64,000 bases of DNA from Alphaproteobacteria bacterium (GCA_965221125.1 CBDCRW010000007.1:352001-416000); one strand, 5' to 3'; positions 44,728 through 56,721 are shown, counted from the first letter of the stretch. The notes: a model not told the origin generated them from the sequence alone. Program-made: numbers and translations.

Positions 44728-45690
44728 ATGCAGCCTGCACTTCTGCCCTCGATCTTCGGTGACCGGCATTTGCTGGGGATCGAGGGGCTTTCCGCCGGCG
44801 CCATCACCCACCTCCTCGATCTCTCCGAAGGCTACGTCGCGCTCAACCGCGAGGTGCAGAAGCGCAAGAGCCTGCTCGGCGGGCGCACCGTGGTGCTGCT
44901 CTTCTTCGAGACCTCGACCCGCACCCGCACCTCGTTCGAGCTTGCGGGCAAGCGGCTCGGCGCCGACGTCATCAACATCGCGGTGGCAAGCTCGGCGATC
45001 AAGAAGGGCGAGACGCTCATCGACACGGCGATGACGCTGAACGCCATGCATCCCGACATGCTGATCGTCCGCCACCCCGATGCCGGCGCCGCCCGGCTGC
45101 TCGCCGATCACGTCGAGTGCAGCGTCATCAACGCGGGCGACGGCAGCCACGAGCATCCCACGCAGGCGCTGCTTGATGCGCTCACCATCCGCCATCGCTT
45201 CGGCCGGATCGAGGGACTGCGGGTCGCCATCTGCGGCGACGTGCTGCACAGCCGGGTCGCGCGCTCCAACATTCTGCTGCTCAACACGATGGGCGCCGGC
45301 GTGCGGATCATCGCGCCGCCGACCCTGGTGCCGGCGGCGATCGAGCGCATGGGCGTGGAGGTCTTCCACGACATGCGCGCAGGCCTCGCGGGCTGCGACG
45401 TCATCATGATGCTGCGCCTGCAGCAGGAGCGCATGCAGGGCACCTTCGTGCCGTCGACCCGCGAGTATTTCCGCTTCTTCGGCCTCGACCGGGCCAAGCT
45501 GGCCGAGGCCCAGGAGAACGCGCTGATCCTCCATCCGGGTCCCATGAACCGGGGCGTGGAGATCGACAGCGAAGTCGCGGACGACATCACGCGGAGCGCC
45601 ATCCTCGACCAGGTCGAGCTTGGCGTCGCCGTGCGCCAGGGGTGCCTCGACGCGCTGAGCCGCAACCTCGGCCCGGCGCCGGTGTTCTGA
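44728..45690 (+). CDS. pyrB: Aspartate carbamoyltransferase catalytic subunit
   Basis: [37 protein letters not shown]. Confidence 0.97.
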   Translation: MQPALLPSIFGDRHLLGIEGLSAGAITHLLDLSEGYVALNREVQKRKSLLGGRTVVLLFFETSTRTRTSFELAGKRLGADVINIAVASSAIKKGETLIDTAMTLNAMHPDMLIVRHPDAGAARLLADHVECSVINAGDGSHEHPTQALLDALTIRHRFGRIEGLRVAICGDVLHSRVARSNILLLNTMGAGVRIIAPPTLVPAAIERMGVEVFHDMRAGLAGCDVIMMLRLQQERMQGTFVPSTREYFRFFGLDRAKLAEAQENALILHPGPMNRGVEIDSEVADDITRSAILDQVELGVAVRQGCLDALSRNLGPAPVF

Positions 45691-45705
45691 GGAGGAGGGA
45701 GAGGC

Positions 45706-47013
<1,308 letters not shown>

Positions 47014-47024
47014 ACTTGCCGGCA

Positions 47025-48239
47025 ATGTCCTACGCCGATATCGCCACCGCCTGCCTCAGGTGGCTGCCGCCGGAGACCGCGCACGATGCGGCGCTGGCCC
47101 TTCTGGGATTTGCTCCGTTGCCGAAGCTCCTGCCGCCTGCACCCACGCTCGCGATGACGCTCTGGGGGCTGCGCTTCCCGACGCCCGTGGGGCTCGCCGC
47201 CGGCTTCGACAAGGACGGGAGATGCCCGGATGCGGCGGCACGGCTCGGTCTCGGCTTCGGCGAGGTCGGCACGGTGACGCCGCGGCCGCAGGCAGGGAAC
47301 CCCAGGCCCCGGCTCTTCCGCCTGCGGCGGGAGCGCGCGCTGATCAACCGCTACGGCTTCAACAGCGCAGGGCTGGAGGTCGTGGCAGACCGGCTGGAAC
47401 GATGGCGCCGCGCGAACGGCGCGCCTCCGTGCCCGCTTGGGATCAACATCGGCGTGAACAAAGACAGCGACGATCCCGCACGCGACTACGCTGCCGGGCT
47501 CGCGCGGGTGGCGGCGCTCGCCGACTACGTGGCGGTCAACGTCTCCTCGCCCAATACGCCGGGGTTGCGGGCGTGGCAGGCGGGCGATGCACTGGATCGT
47601 CTGCTGGCGGCGCTGGCGAACGCCCATGCGCGCCTCGATGCCCCGCCGCCCATCCTGCTCAAGCTCGCGCCGGAGATTGACGACGAGGGGCTGGCGGCGC
47701 TGCTGGAGGCCATCCGGGACGCGCCCATCGCCGGCATGATTCTCACCAACACGACGACCGCACGGCCGGCGAGCCTGGTGTCAGCGGCGCGAGGGGAGGA
47801 AGGCGGCCTCAGCGGCCCGCCCCTGGCACCGCGCGCGCTTGAGGTCCTGCGCAGCGCCTACGCGTTAAGCGATGGCCGCCTGCCGCTGATCGGCGTGGGC
47901 GGGATCGATTCGGCGGAAGCAGCGTATGCCCGCATCCGCGCGGGCGCGAGCCTCGTCCAGCTCTACACCGCGCTGGTCTATCGGGGCCCGCGTCTCGTCG
48001 GCGAGATCACGCAGGGGCTCGCGCGGCTGCTCGCGGCCGACGGATTCGCTTCGCCGGCCGAGGCGGTCGGTGCCGACCACCGCGCCCCCGCCGCACATGG
48101 TCAGGAGGCGTCGGCGATTTCCTCCGCGATGGCCCGCGCGGCGGCGAGCGGGTCGGGCGCCTGCGTGATGGGGCGGCCGACGACCAGCGCGGTCGCGCCG
48201 GCGCGCGCCGCATCGGCCGGCGTCGCCACCCGCGCCTGA
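47025..48239 (+). CDS. pyrD: Quinone-dependent dihydroorotate dehydrogenase
   Basis: GLAAGFDK, GNPRPRLFRL, NRYGFNS, NVSSPNTPGLR, GGLSG, IGVGG; C-terminus extends into pyrF. Confidence 0.95.
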   Translation: MSYADIATACLRWLPPETAHDAALALLGFAPLPKLLPPAPTLAMTLWGLRFPTPVGLAAGFDKDGRCPDAAARLGLGFGEVGTVTPRPQAGNPRPRLFRLRRERALINRYGFNSAGLEVVADRLERWRRANGAPPCPLGINIGVNKDSDDPARDYAAGLARVAALADYVAVNVSSPNTPGLRAWQAGDALDRLLAALANAHARLDAPPPILLKLAPEIDDEGLAALLEAIRDAPIAGMILTNTTTARPASLVSAARGEEGGLSGPPLAPRALEVLRSAYALSDGRLPLIGVGGIDSAEAAYARIRAGASLVQLYTALVYRGPRLVGEITQGLARLLAADGFASPAEAVGADHRAPAAHGQEASAISSAMARAAASGSGACVMGRPTTSAVAPARAASAGVATRA

Positions 48240-48832
48240 TCGCCCTTGCCGCTGCCATCGCCGCTCGCCGGGCGGATGCCGGGCACGACGATGTCGAAAT
48301 CCGGGCCGTGTTCGGCGCGCAGTGCCGCGATCTCGTGCGGGCTCGCGATAACGCCCGCCAGCCCTGCCTCGTGAGCCAGCCCCGCGAGACGCAGCACCTG
48401 CTTGCCTGCCGAAGCGGCGATGCCCTGGCGCGCGAGTTCCGCCTCGTCGAGGCTGGTGAGCACGGTCACGCCGAGCAGGCGGGGCGGGCTCACGCCCTGG
48501 CGCGCGGCCTCTTCGTTTGCTGCCTCGCGCGCCGCCCGCATCATGGCGAGCCCGCCGGCGGCGTGGATGGTGAGATAGTGGGGCTCCAGCGCGACCACGC
48601 TGCGCACGGCGCCTGCCACGGTGTTCGGGATGTCGTGGAGCTTGAGGTCGAGGAAGAGGGGTGGGCCGGCCCCCCGCACAGCGCCGATACCCTCGGGCCC
48701 ATGCGCGCAGAAATACTCGAGCCCGAGCTTGAGCCCGCCCACCGCCGGCGCCAACAGGTGCGCCAGGCCCTCCACCGTGGACCTGTCGCGCGCATCGAGG
48801 GCGCAGTAGAGAGAAGCGTTCGGCATGGGCAC
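48101..48832 (-). CDS. pyrF: Orotidine-5'-phosphate decarboxylase
   Basis: FLDLKLHDIPNTV, VTVLTS, PGIR, DQAR, VVGRPIT. Confidence 0.97.
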   Translation of the reverse strand: MPMPNASLYCALDARDRSTVEGLAHLLAPAVGGLKLGLEYFCAHGPEGIGAVRGAGPPLFLDLKLHDIPNTVAGAVRSVVALEPHYLTIHAAGGLAMMRAAREAANEEAARQGVSPPRLLGVTVLTSLDEAELARQGIAASAGKQVLRLAGLAHEAGLAGVIASPHEIAALRAEHGPDFDIVVPGIRPASGDGSGKGDQARVATPADAARAGATALVVGRPITQAPDPLAAARAIAEEIADAS

Positions 48833-48906
48833 TCCGTCCGGGCCGGAATAGTCTACCCTCGCGCGGATCGCGGGACGACCGGAGAGCGGAAGGGCAGGGA
48901 ACGACG

Positions 48907-49545
48907 ATGAGCGGAGCGGCGGAGGAGATCGCGGAAGCCCTGCTCGACACCGGCGCGTTCCTGGTGCGCCCGGAAAAACCCTTTCGCCTGACCTCGGGGC
49001 TCTACGCGCCCTTCTACGTGAACTGCCGCCTGATCCTGTCGCGGCACGAGGCGCGCGCCAGGGCGGCGGCGGCGCTGGCGTCTACCGTGCCGGTGCCGGC
49101 AACCACGGTGATCGCCGGCGGCGTCACCGCGGGCGTGCCCTTCGCCACCCTCGTCGCCGACCGGCTGGGCCTGCCCATGGTTTACGTCCGGGCCGAGGCC
49201 AAGGCGCACGGCACCGCTGGCCGCATCGAGGGCGGCAGCGTCGGCGGCGAGCGCGTCCACCTGATCGAAGACCTGATCTCGACCGCTGGCAGCATCCTCG
49301 CCTTTGCCTGCGCGTTGCGCGACGCGGGTGCGCAGGTGGACGGCGTGAGCGTGCTCTTCTCGCGTGCGAGCGCGTCGGCGCGGCAAGCGCTGGAAGAAGC
49401 GGGTCTCGCCATCACCTCGGTCTGCGATCTCGACACGCTGCTCGGGGTAGCGCTTAGCCGCGGCCGCATTGACGAGGGAGCGCTCGGCGAGGTCCGGGCC
49501 TTCCTCGCTGACCCCGAAGACTGGTCCGCCCGCCACGCGGCGTAA
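48907..49545 (+). CDS. pyrE: Orotate phosphoribosyltransferase
   Basis: FRLTSG...YVNCR, YVR.EAKAHG, PRPP loop LIEDLISTAGS. Confidence 0.9.
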   Translation: MSGAAEEIAEALLDTGAFLVRPEKPFRLTSGLYAPFYVNCRLILSRHEARARAAAALASTVPVPATTVIAGGVTAGVPFATLVADRLGLPMVYVRAEAKAHGTAGRIEGGSVGGERVHLIEDLISTAGSILAFACALRDAGAQVDGVSVLFSRASASARQALEEAGLAITSVCDLDTLLGVALSRGRIDEGALGEVRAFLADPEDWSARHAA

Positions 49546-49559
49546 GCGGGGCGCCGCGG

Positions 49560-50909
49560 TCAGAAGTCGATGGCGCGCCCCTTGCGCTCCCAATCGCCGT
49601 AGCGGGTGGGTTCCGGCCCCGCCGGCCCGCCCGTCTCGGGGACGGGTTCGATACTCTCTTCGGCGCCGTCCGCTGGCGTGTCGTCGGCGCCGTTCCCCGG
49701 TGCCGGGGCCGCCGCCACCGCTGCGAGCTTCCGTGCCGCCCTGGCGGGCCGGGCCAGCACGTCCGGTCCGATCGAGGCAATGTCGGCGAGACCGCAGAGT
49801 CCCATGGTGAGGTCCAGTTCGCGGCGGAGGATGTCGAGCGCATGGGCCACGCCCGCCTCGCCCGCGACCGTGAGGCCCCAGAACTGCGCCCTGCCGACGG
49901 TGCAGCAGTCGGCGCCCAGCGCCAGCGCCTTGACGATGTGGGTGCCCCGCCTGATGCCGCCGTCGAGCAGCACCGCGGCGCGGCCCGCCACCGCATCGGC
50001 CACGCGCGGCAGGGCGTCGAGCGCGCTCGCGGCGCCGTCGAGCTGCCGCCCGCCGTGGTTGGAGACGAACAAGCCGTCCACGCCGTTCGCCACCGCCTCG
50101 GCGGCGTCGGCGGGGTGAAGCACGCCCTTGAGCAGGAGCGGCCCCTTCCAGACGGCGCGCAGCGCCGCGACGTCGTCCCACTGCATGCCCTGGTCCGGCA
50201 GCGTCAGCATGCGGTGGTGGAGGGTGGTGAGGTCGTTGGCGTCGCCGGGCCTGCGGTAGTTGCCGAAGGTGATGTTCGGGATGGTGCGCCGCATCCGCCA
50301 CAGCCAGGGCAGCCTGGTCGCCATGTTGGCGATCTCGCCGGCCGAGAACCGGGGCGGGATGACGAAGCCGTTGCGGATGTCGCGCTCGCGGTTGCCGATC
50401 ATCTGCGTGTCGATGGTGACGATCAGCGCCTCGTAGCCGGCGGCCTGCGCGCGTTCCGCCATCTCGTGGGTGAGCCCGCGGTCCGTGTAAATGTAGGTCT
50501 GGAACCAGCGGGGCTCGATGCCGGTCTCGGCCAGCTCCTCGAGGGTGCAGACCGAGCCGTGGCTCAGGCAGTAGACGGTGCCCGCCCTGGTCGCTGCGCG
50601 GGCCGAGGCGGCCTCGCCGTTTGGCCACAAAAGCCCGGCGAGCCCCGTGGGCGGGACGATGAGCGGCATGGAGAGCCGCCGGCCGAAGAGCGTGGTCGAG
50701 AGGTCGCGGCTCGCCGAGCCGCCGATGGGGCGGGGGTAGAGGTCGACGTCGTCGAAGGCCGCGACGTTGCGGCGCAGCGTGTGCTCGTCGCCGGCGCCGC
50801 CGTCGACGAAGTCGAACACCGGGCGCGGCAGCACGCGCCGGGCCTCTTCCCGCAGCGCCGCGATGTTGTAAGCCCGCCGCTTCCAGCGCGGCTCGCGTTC
50901 GCTCGCCAT
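49560..50909 (-). CDS. FMN-dependent alpha-hydroxy-acid oxidase/dehydrogenase fused to a C-terminal DUF1674 (SDHAF4-like) motif
   Basis: FDFVDGGA, SNHGGRQLD, DGGIRRG; ends GGPAGPEPTRYGDWERKGRAIDF. Confidence 0.85.
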   Translation of the reverse strand: MASEREPRWKRRAYNIAALREEARRVLPRPVFDFVDGGAGDEHTLRRNVAAFDDVDLYPRPIGGSASRDLSTTLFGRRLSMPLIVPPTGLAGLLWPNGEAASARAATRAGTVYCLSHGSVCTLEELAETGIEPRWFQTYIYTDRGLTHEMAERAQAAGYEALIVTIDTQMIGNRERDIRNGFVIPPRFSAGEIANMATRLPWLWRMRRTIPNITFGNYRRPGDANDLTTLHHRMLTLPDQGMQWDDVAALRAVWKGPLLLKGVLHPADAAEAVANGVDGLFVSNHGGRQLDGAASALDALPRVADAVAGRAAVLLDGGIRRGTHIVKALALGADCCTVGRAQFWGLTVAGEAGVAHALDILRRELDLTMGLCGLADIASIGPDVLARPARAARKLAAVAAAPAPGNGADDTPADGAEESIEPVPETGGPAGPEPTRYGDWERKGRAIDF

Positions 50910-51106
50910 CCTCATCCTCGTCTTGAGGGCGCGCCAGTATAGGGGGCGAGCGCCATCCGCGCATGCCCGCACGGCTGGGCCTACCGACCAGGGCTCGCTT
51001 GACCCGCCTCGGTCCGGGTAAGACACTGCCCCGCCGTCGCCAGCGCGACGGCAGGCAGGGAACGATCAGGCGCGGCCGCCGGGCCGCAGGAGCGAGCGGA
51101 CGGCCC

Positions 51107-53185
51107 ATGAAGTTGATCGGCGTCGATGTCGGCGGCACCTTCACCGACCTCATCATCACCGACAGCGAGACGCGCGAGAGCGCGATTCACAAGGTGCCCA
51201 CCACGCCGGACGATCCCTCGGAGGGCGCGGCCGGGGGCATCGCCGCGCTCTGCGAGCGGAGCGGCACGGCGCCGGACGCCATCGCTCACGTCTTTCACGG
51301 CACCACGATCTCGACCAACGCGGTGCTCCAGTACGATGGCGCCGAGACCGGCATGATCACGTCGGCCGGCTACCGCGACATCATCCATATCGGCCGTCAC
51401 CAGCGGCCGCAGAACTACTCCATCATGCAGGACATCCCGTGGCAGGCCCGCCCGTTGGTGCGCCGCCGCCATCGGCTGACCGTGAAGGAGAGGCGGGTGC
51501 CGCCGCAGGGCGCCGTGCTGGAGCCGCTGGACGAGGAAGGCGTGCGCCAGGCCGCCCGCGCGCTGCGCGAGAAGGGCGTCGAAGCGGTCGCCATCTGCTT
51601 CCTCTTCGCCTACATCGATCCTGCGCACGAGGAGCGCGCGCGCGCCATCGTGCTGGAGGAATGGCCCGAGGCCTTCGTGACGACGTCTGCGCGCGTGGCG
51701 CCACAGTTCCGCGAGTTCGAGCGCTTCACGACGGCGGCGATGAACGCCTTCATCGGCCCCAAGGTGCGCAACTACGTGCGCCGCTTCGAGGACCGGCTGA
51801 AGCAGGCCGGCGTCGCCGGCGACCTCCATATCATGGGGTCGAACGGCGGCGTCGCGACGGCGGCGATGGTGGCGGACGTGCCGGTCATCACGCTCATGTC
51901 TGGGCCTGCTGCCGGCGTGCTGGGCGGCGCCTGGGCGGCGGAGCACTCCGGGCGGCGCCGCCTCATCACCTTCGACGTGGGCGGCACCAGCGCCGACATC
52001 GGCATCGTGATCGACGGCCACTACAACGAAGCCACCGCGCGCGACACCTGGATCGGCGGCTACCCGGTGCTTGTGCCGATGATCGACATCACGACCATCG
52101 GCGCCGGCGGCGGCAGCATCGCGCGAACCGATGCGGGCGGCGCCTTCAAGGTGGGGCCCGAGAGCGCGGGCTCTGAGCCCGGCCCCGCGTGCTACGGCCG
52201 CGGCGGCAACGCGCCGACGGTGACGGACGCCAACCTCGTGCTCGGCCGGCTGGATGCAGACAACTTCCTCGGCGGCGAGATGACGCTTGCGCCGGAACGG
52301 GCCGACACGGCGCTGACGGAGCTCGCGGAGACGCTCGGCGTCGACAAGCACGAGGCGGCCGAGGGCGTGCTCACCATCGTCAACGCCAACATGGCGAACG
52401 CCATCCGCTCCAAGACGGTGCAGAAGGGCCTCGACCCGCGCGACTTCTCGCTGGTGGCCTTCGGCGGCGCCGGGCCGCTGCACGGCGCCGAGGTCGCGGC
52501 GATGCTGGACGTGCCCGAGGTCGTTGTCCCGCCCCATCCCGGTATCACATCGGCGGCGGGCCTGCTCACCACCGACCTCAAGTACGACCAGATCATGACC
52601 GCCTTCCAGGTGAAGGGCGCGGTCGACATCGAGCGGATCAACCGCGACTTCGCGAGGCTGAGCCGCGACCTGCTGGCCCAGTACGACGCCGCCGGTCTCG
52701 GCGCAGACCGGGTGGAGGAGCGCCGCGCCGGCGACCTGCGCTATGTCGGCCAGGGCTACGAGCTGCGCGTGGCCTTCCCCGCGGGCGAGCTGGACGAGGC
52801 GGGGCTAGAGGGGGTGTGGCAGGCCTTCCACGCCCTGCACGAGCAGGAATACGGCCACTGCTTCACCGAGAGCCCCATCGAGATCGTGAACATCCGCATC
52901 ACAGGCGTGGGCCACATGCCCAAGATCGCGGCGCCGCCGTCGCCGTCCGGCGGGTCGCTCGCCGACGCGCAGGTCAAGACCGCGCGCTCGGTGTTCCGCG
53001 TCGACGGCGCGCTGGAAGGCTGCGACACCGTCTTCTACCGGCGGGATGCGCTGCCGGTGGAGACGCCGATCCCGGGCCCCGCGATCATCGTGCAGAAGGA
53101 CGCCACCACCGTGGTGCCGCCCGGCTGGTCGGTGCGCGTGGACACGAGCGCGAACCTCATCCTGCGCCAGGGCGAGGAGGAGTGA
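51107..53185 (+). CDS. Hydantoinase/oxoprolinase A subunit
   Basis: GVDVGGTFTD, HGTT, SGPAAGV, DVGGTSAD, IGAGGGS, AFGGAGPLH. Confidence 0.95.
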   Translation: MKLIGVDVGGTFTDLIITDSETRESAIHKVPTTPDDPSEGAAGGIAALCERSGTAPDAIAHVFHGTTISTNAVLQYDGAETGMITSAGYRDIIHIGRHQRPQNYSIMQDIPWQARPLVRRRHRLTVKERRVPPQGAVLEPLDEEGVRQAARALREKGVEAVAICFLFAYIDPAHEERARAIVLEEWPEAFVTTSARVAPQFREFERFTTAAMNAFIGPKVRNYVRRFEDRLKQAGVAGDLHIMGSNGGVATAAMVADVPVITLMSGPAAGVLGGAWAAEHSGRRRLITFDVGGTSADIGIVIDGHYNEATARDTWIGGYPVLVPMIDITTIGAGGGSIARTDAGGAFKVGPESAGSEPGPACYGRGGNAPTVTDANLVLGRLDADNFLGGEMTLAPERADTALTELAETLGVDKHEAAEGVLTIVNANMANAIRSKTVQKGLDPRDFSLVAFGGAGPLHGAEVAAMLDVPEVVVPPHPGITSAAGLLTTDLKYDQIMTAFQVKGAVDIERINRDFARLSRDLLAQYDAAGLGADRVEERRAGDLRYVGQGYELRVAFPAGELDEAGLEGVWQAFHALHEQEYGHCFTESPIEIVNIRITGVGHMPKIAAPPSPSGGSLADAQVKTARSVFRVDGALEGCDTVFYRRDALPVETPIPGPAIIVQKDATTVVPPGWSVRVDTSANLILRQGEEE

Positions 53186-53188
53186 ACC

Positions 53189-54967
53189 ATGGCAGAGACG
53201 CCGAACCGCCGCCCCATCGACGCCGTAACCGCCAGCGTGATCCAGGGCGCGCTGGAGAACATCGCGGTCGAGATGGGCTGGAAGCTCATGCGCATGTCGT
53301 ATTCCTCGATCATCCGCGAGTCCGAGGATTTCGGCGCCGCGATCATCGACCGCCACGGCCGCCAGCTCTGCGAATCGGTGCACTCGACACCGCTCCAGTC
53401 GGGGCCGATTCCCGGCTACGTGAGGGGGATGAACCAGATCCTCGAAGAGCGCGGCCAGACGCTGAACGAGGGCGACGTCATCATCCACAACTCCGCCTAT
53501 CACGGCGCGAGCCACGGGCCGGACGTCGCCTTCATCGTGCCGGTCTTCGTCGACGGCGCGCTGGTGGGCTATGCCGTCACCACGGCGCATCATCTCGATA
53601 TCGGCGCTTTGAGCCCCGGCAGCTGCGGCATCGTCGATGCGATGGACGCCTACGCCGAGGGGCTCCAGTTCAAGGCGCTCAAGGCCTACGACAGGGGTGT
53701 CGAGAACGAGGCGCTCTGGCACATGATGCGCGACAACATCCGCGCGCCGGACATGGTGGTGGGCGACATGGAGGCGCAGGTCGCCGCCAGCCGGATCGGC
53801 GCCGAGCGCTACCTCGCGCTGATCGAGCGCCACGGGCTCGAAACCGTGGAGGCGGCGGCGGATGCGCTCATGGACTATTCCGAGCGGCTCATGCGCCAGG
53901 CGATCGAGGCGCTGCCAGACGGCACCTACCGGGCCGAGGGGCACGTGGACGGCTTCCTCGACGATCCGGACCGGCGCCACTTCAAGGTCGCCGTGGCCGT
54001 CACCGTGAAGGGCAGCGAGCTGTTGGTGGACCTGGACGGCACCGCGCGCCAGTGCGACGACCGGCCCATCAACATGCCCCTCGAAGGCACGGTCGACTGC
54101 GCGATCTGGCTGACGGTTCGCTCGATCCTGCTCGACAGTGAGACCTTCGGCCATATCCCGCAGAACTCCGGCCTGATCCGCCCCATCACCATCAGGGCGC
54201 CGGAGGGCACCATCGCCAATCCCACCTTCCCGGCGCCCACCATCGCGCGCTTCGTCTCCGGCAACATCGTCGCGGACACGCTGATGAAGGCGCTGGCCCA
54301 GGCGGTGCCCGACAAGGTCTCCGCCGGGGTCGGCAACCTCAAGGTCATCGCGTTCTCCGGCATCAAGGACGGCGGCCACTGGGTTCACATGGACATCCAC
54401 GAAGGGAGCTACGGCGGCCGTGCGGGCAAGGACGGGATGGACGCGGTGGACACGCTCTACGCCAACACCCGCAACAACCCGATCGAGGACATCGAGTCCC
54501 ACCTGCCGCTCCGCATCGCCCGTTACGAGCTGCGCGACGATGCGTCGGCCGCGGGACGCTGGCGGGGCGGCATCGGCTCGATCCGCGAGGTCTCCTTCCT
54601 CGCCGACAGCTTCATCTCGGTGGAAGGCGACGGCCACGCCTTCCGCCCCTGGGGCTTCGACGGTGGCGCTGAGGGGCGCGAGGCGGCGCTGGTCTACCAC
54701 CGGGCCGACGGGGAGGACATTCCCTTCCCCTCGATGATGCCGAACCGCGCGGTCAAGGCCGGAGAGAGGCTGACGCTCACCGGCACTTGCGGCGGCGGCT
54801 ACGGCGAGGCTGCCGAGCGCGCGCCGGCCGCCGTGGCGGAAGACGTGCGCGACGGCTACATCTCGCGCGAGACGGCCGAGAGCCTTTATGGTGTCGTGGT
54901 CACCGAGTCAGGCGAGCTCGATGCCGCCGCGACCGAAGCCCGGCGCGCCTCATCAAGTGCGGGATGA
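53189..54967 (+). CDS. Hydantoinase/oxoprolinase B subunit
   Basis: SSIIRESEDF, H.PD, HHLDIG, NTRNNPIEDIE, GRWRGG, GGGYG. Confidence 0.95.
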   Translation: MAETPNRRPIDAVTASVIQGALENIAVEMGWKLMRMSYSSIIRESEDFGAAIIDRHGRQLCESVHSTPLQSGPIPGYVRGMNQILEERGQTLNEGDVIIHNSAYHGASHGPDVAFIVPVFVDGALVGYAVTTAHHLDIGALSPGSCGIVDAMDAYAEGLQFKALKAYDRGVENEALWHMMRDNIRAPDMVVGDMEAQVAASRIGAERYLALIERHGLETVEAAADALMDYSERLMRQAIEALPDGTYRAEGHVDGFLDDPDRRHFKVAVAVTVKGSELLVDLDGTARQCDDRPINMPLEGTVDCAIWLTVRSILLDSETFGHIPQNSGLIRPITIRAPEGTIANPTFPAPTIARFVSGNIVADTLMKALAQAVPDKVSAGVGNLKVIAFSGIKDGGHWVHMDIHEGSYGGRAGKDGMDAVDTLYANTRNNPIEDIESHLPLRIARYELRDDASAAGRWRGGIGSIREVSFLADSFISVEGDGHAFRPWGFDGGAEGREAALVYHRADGEDIPFPSMMPNRAVKAGERLTLTGTCGGGYGEAAERAPAAVAEDVRDGYISRETAESLYGVVVTESGELDAAATEARRASSSAG

Positions 54968-55086
54968 GGGCAAACTGGTGACTGGGCCGTTAGGCCCGGA
55001 CGGCGCGACTGCGCCGCGCGCCGAATGGCGCGTAGCCAAGCGAGCGGAGCGAGCGCCCGGCGCTTGAGGGATATGGAGGAACACCC

Positions 55087-55845
55087 ATGAAGATCAAGGT
55101 GATCAATCCCAACACCACCCTGGAGATGACCGAGGGGATCGGCGAGGCCGCGCGCTCGGTCGCCAGGGCCGGCACCGAGATCGTGGCGGTGAGTCCCGAT
55201 TTCGGCCCGGACTCCATCGAGAGCTACTACGACGAGCAGGTGGCCGCCTGCGGCGTGCTCGACGAGGTGCGCAAGGGTGAGGGCGAGGGCGTCGATGCCT
55301 ACGTCATCGCCTGCTACGGCGACCCAGGCCTTCACGCCGCGCGCGAGATGACCGAGAAGCCTGTGGTCGGCATCGCCGAAGCCTCGTTCTACACAGCGTC
55401 CATGGTGGCGGCCCGCTTCACCGTCGTCTCGGTGATCCCCCGCATCCGCACCATGCTGCAGGAGATGGTGCACGGCTACGGCATGTCCGAGCGCATCGTC
55501 GCCATCCGCACGACGCCGCTCTACGTGCTCGACATCGAGCGCGACCCCGAAGGCTCGATGGAGAAGCTCCGAGACGAGGTGCGCCGCTCGGTCGCCGAAG
55601 ACGACGCGGAGGCGGTCTGCCTCGGCTGCGCCGGCTTCGCCCGCTTCGCTGCGGAGCTCGAGGCCGAGCTTGGCGTGCCGATCCTGGACGGCGTCGTCTG
55701 CGCGACCAAGCAGGCGGAGCTGCTGGTGGAGCTCGGCCTGAAGACCAGCAAGCGCAAGACCTACCGTCCGCCGGAGCGCAAGCGCTTCACCGGCATGTTC
55801 AGCCACTTCGGCACCGCCGACGACATCGCCGAAGCCGCGGAGTAG
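55087..55845 (+). CDS. Hydantoin racemase (Asp/Glu racemase family)
   Basis: INPNTT..MT, IACYGDPG, CLGCAG, DGV. Confidence 0.92.
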   Translation: MKIKVINPNTTLEMTEGIGEAARSVARAGTEIVAVSPDFGPDSIESYYDEQVAACGVLDEVRKGEGEGVDAYVIACYGDPGLHAAREMTEKPVVGIAEASFYTASMVAARFTVVSVIPRIRTMLQEMVHGYGMSERIVAIRTTPLYVLDIERDPEGSMEKLRDEVRRSVAEDDAEAVCLGCAGFARFAAELEAELGVPILDGVVCATKQAELLVELGLKTSKRKTYRPPERKRFTGMFSHFGTADDIAEAAE

Positions 55846-55991
55846 GGTGCGACGCGCCTGCTGCCGTATCGCCAAGACACCCGGCCATCGTCAACGCCGC
55901 TCCGATGCCCTCTCGGGCGTCGTCGCTTGCGTCGGCGCGTGCAGCCGACCACCACGGCAAATTCGCTTGCAATGCCGAGGAGGGGCGCTAT

Positions 55992-56036
55992 ATTTCTAAT
56001 GTTTTCAAATTAAATATTAGATAATATCTAGATAAT
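55992..56036. promoter_or_regulatory. AT-rich promoter with inverted repeats upstream of the antitoxin-like/PIN pair
   Basis: CTAATGTTT...AAATATTAG and near-perfect palindrome TAGATAATATCTA. Confidence 0.55.
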
Positions 56037-56049
56037 AAAGGAGAATGTA

Positions 56050-56712
56050 GTGCAAATCCAGGATGTTACGCTCGATATCGAGCATGGTCTCGCCAGCCTG
56101 AAGAGCTTGAAACCGTCGGCCCTGCCGCCCGCATTGCAGGGGTTACGGCAGTTGCCGCTCGGCGACTACGAGCCTCGGGTGAGCATTCGCTATCGGGACG
56201 GCGGCAGGAAGATCCGCTGGGATGCGGATGCCAGTTACTTCGAGCCGGAGGCCTGCGAGGTGGTGATTCGCTTCGTCGCCTCCGACGAGCTTCAAGACGA
56301 CAATGGCCCGACCGATGCGGACGTGCCCAAGTCTGGTGGCGGCGGGGCCGGTGTGCTCGATTACGAGACGGCTATGGAGCAGCTCCTTGATGATCTCGCG
56401 GAGGTCGAAAGTGCGCGGGAGTTCGTGAGCCTCAAATGGTTCCGCGATCAGTATCTTCCTTCGCGCGGCCACGACTGGGCCAGCGACCCGAGGGACAACG
56501 GCGTCCTGCTGCGCCACGCGACCGGACAGCGCCTGATCCTGACGAGCCAGGTGCCGAACCCGAACAACCCGCTTCACCCCGTGACTGCGATACGGGTCAA
56601 TCGCCGGCATCCGCGTTTCCATACCGGCACGCCGTCGCAGCAAGCCCGATTCGAGCGGGTACGCATGCGGGGAGGCGCCATCGCGGATACCGTCCTCGGC
56701 GACAGACGCTGA
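56050..56712 (+). CDS. Hypothetical 220-aa protein with a VapB-like C-terminal tail; putative antitoxin
   Basis: RBS AAGGAG; ends RVRMRGGAIADTVLGDRR; 9 bp upstream of a PIN gene. Confidence 0.6.
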   Translation: MQIQDVTLDIEHGLASLKSLKPSALPPALQGLRQLPLGDYEPRVSIRYRDGGRKIRWDADASYFEPEACEVVIRFVASDELQDDNGPTDADVPKSGGGGAGVLDYETAMEQLLDDLAEVESAREFVSLKWFRDQYLPSRGHDWASDPRDNGVLLRHATGQRLILTSQVPNPNNPLHPVTAIRVNRRHPRFHTGTPSQQARFERVRMRGGAIADTVLGDRR

Positions 56713-56721
56713 TCTCGACGG

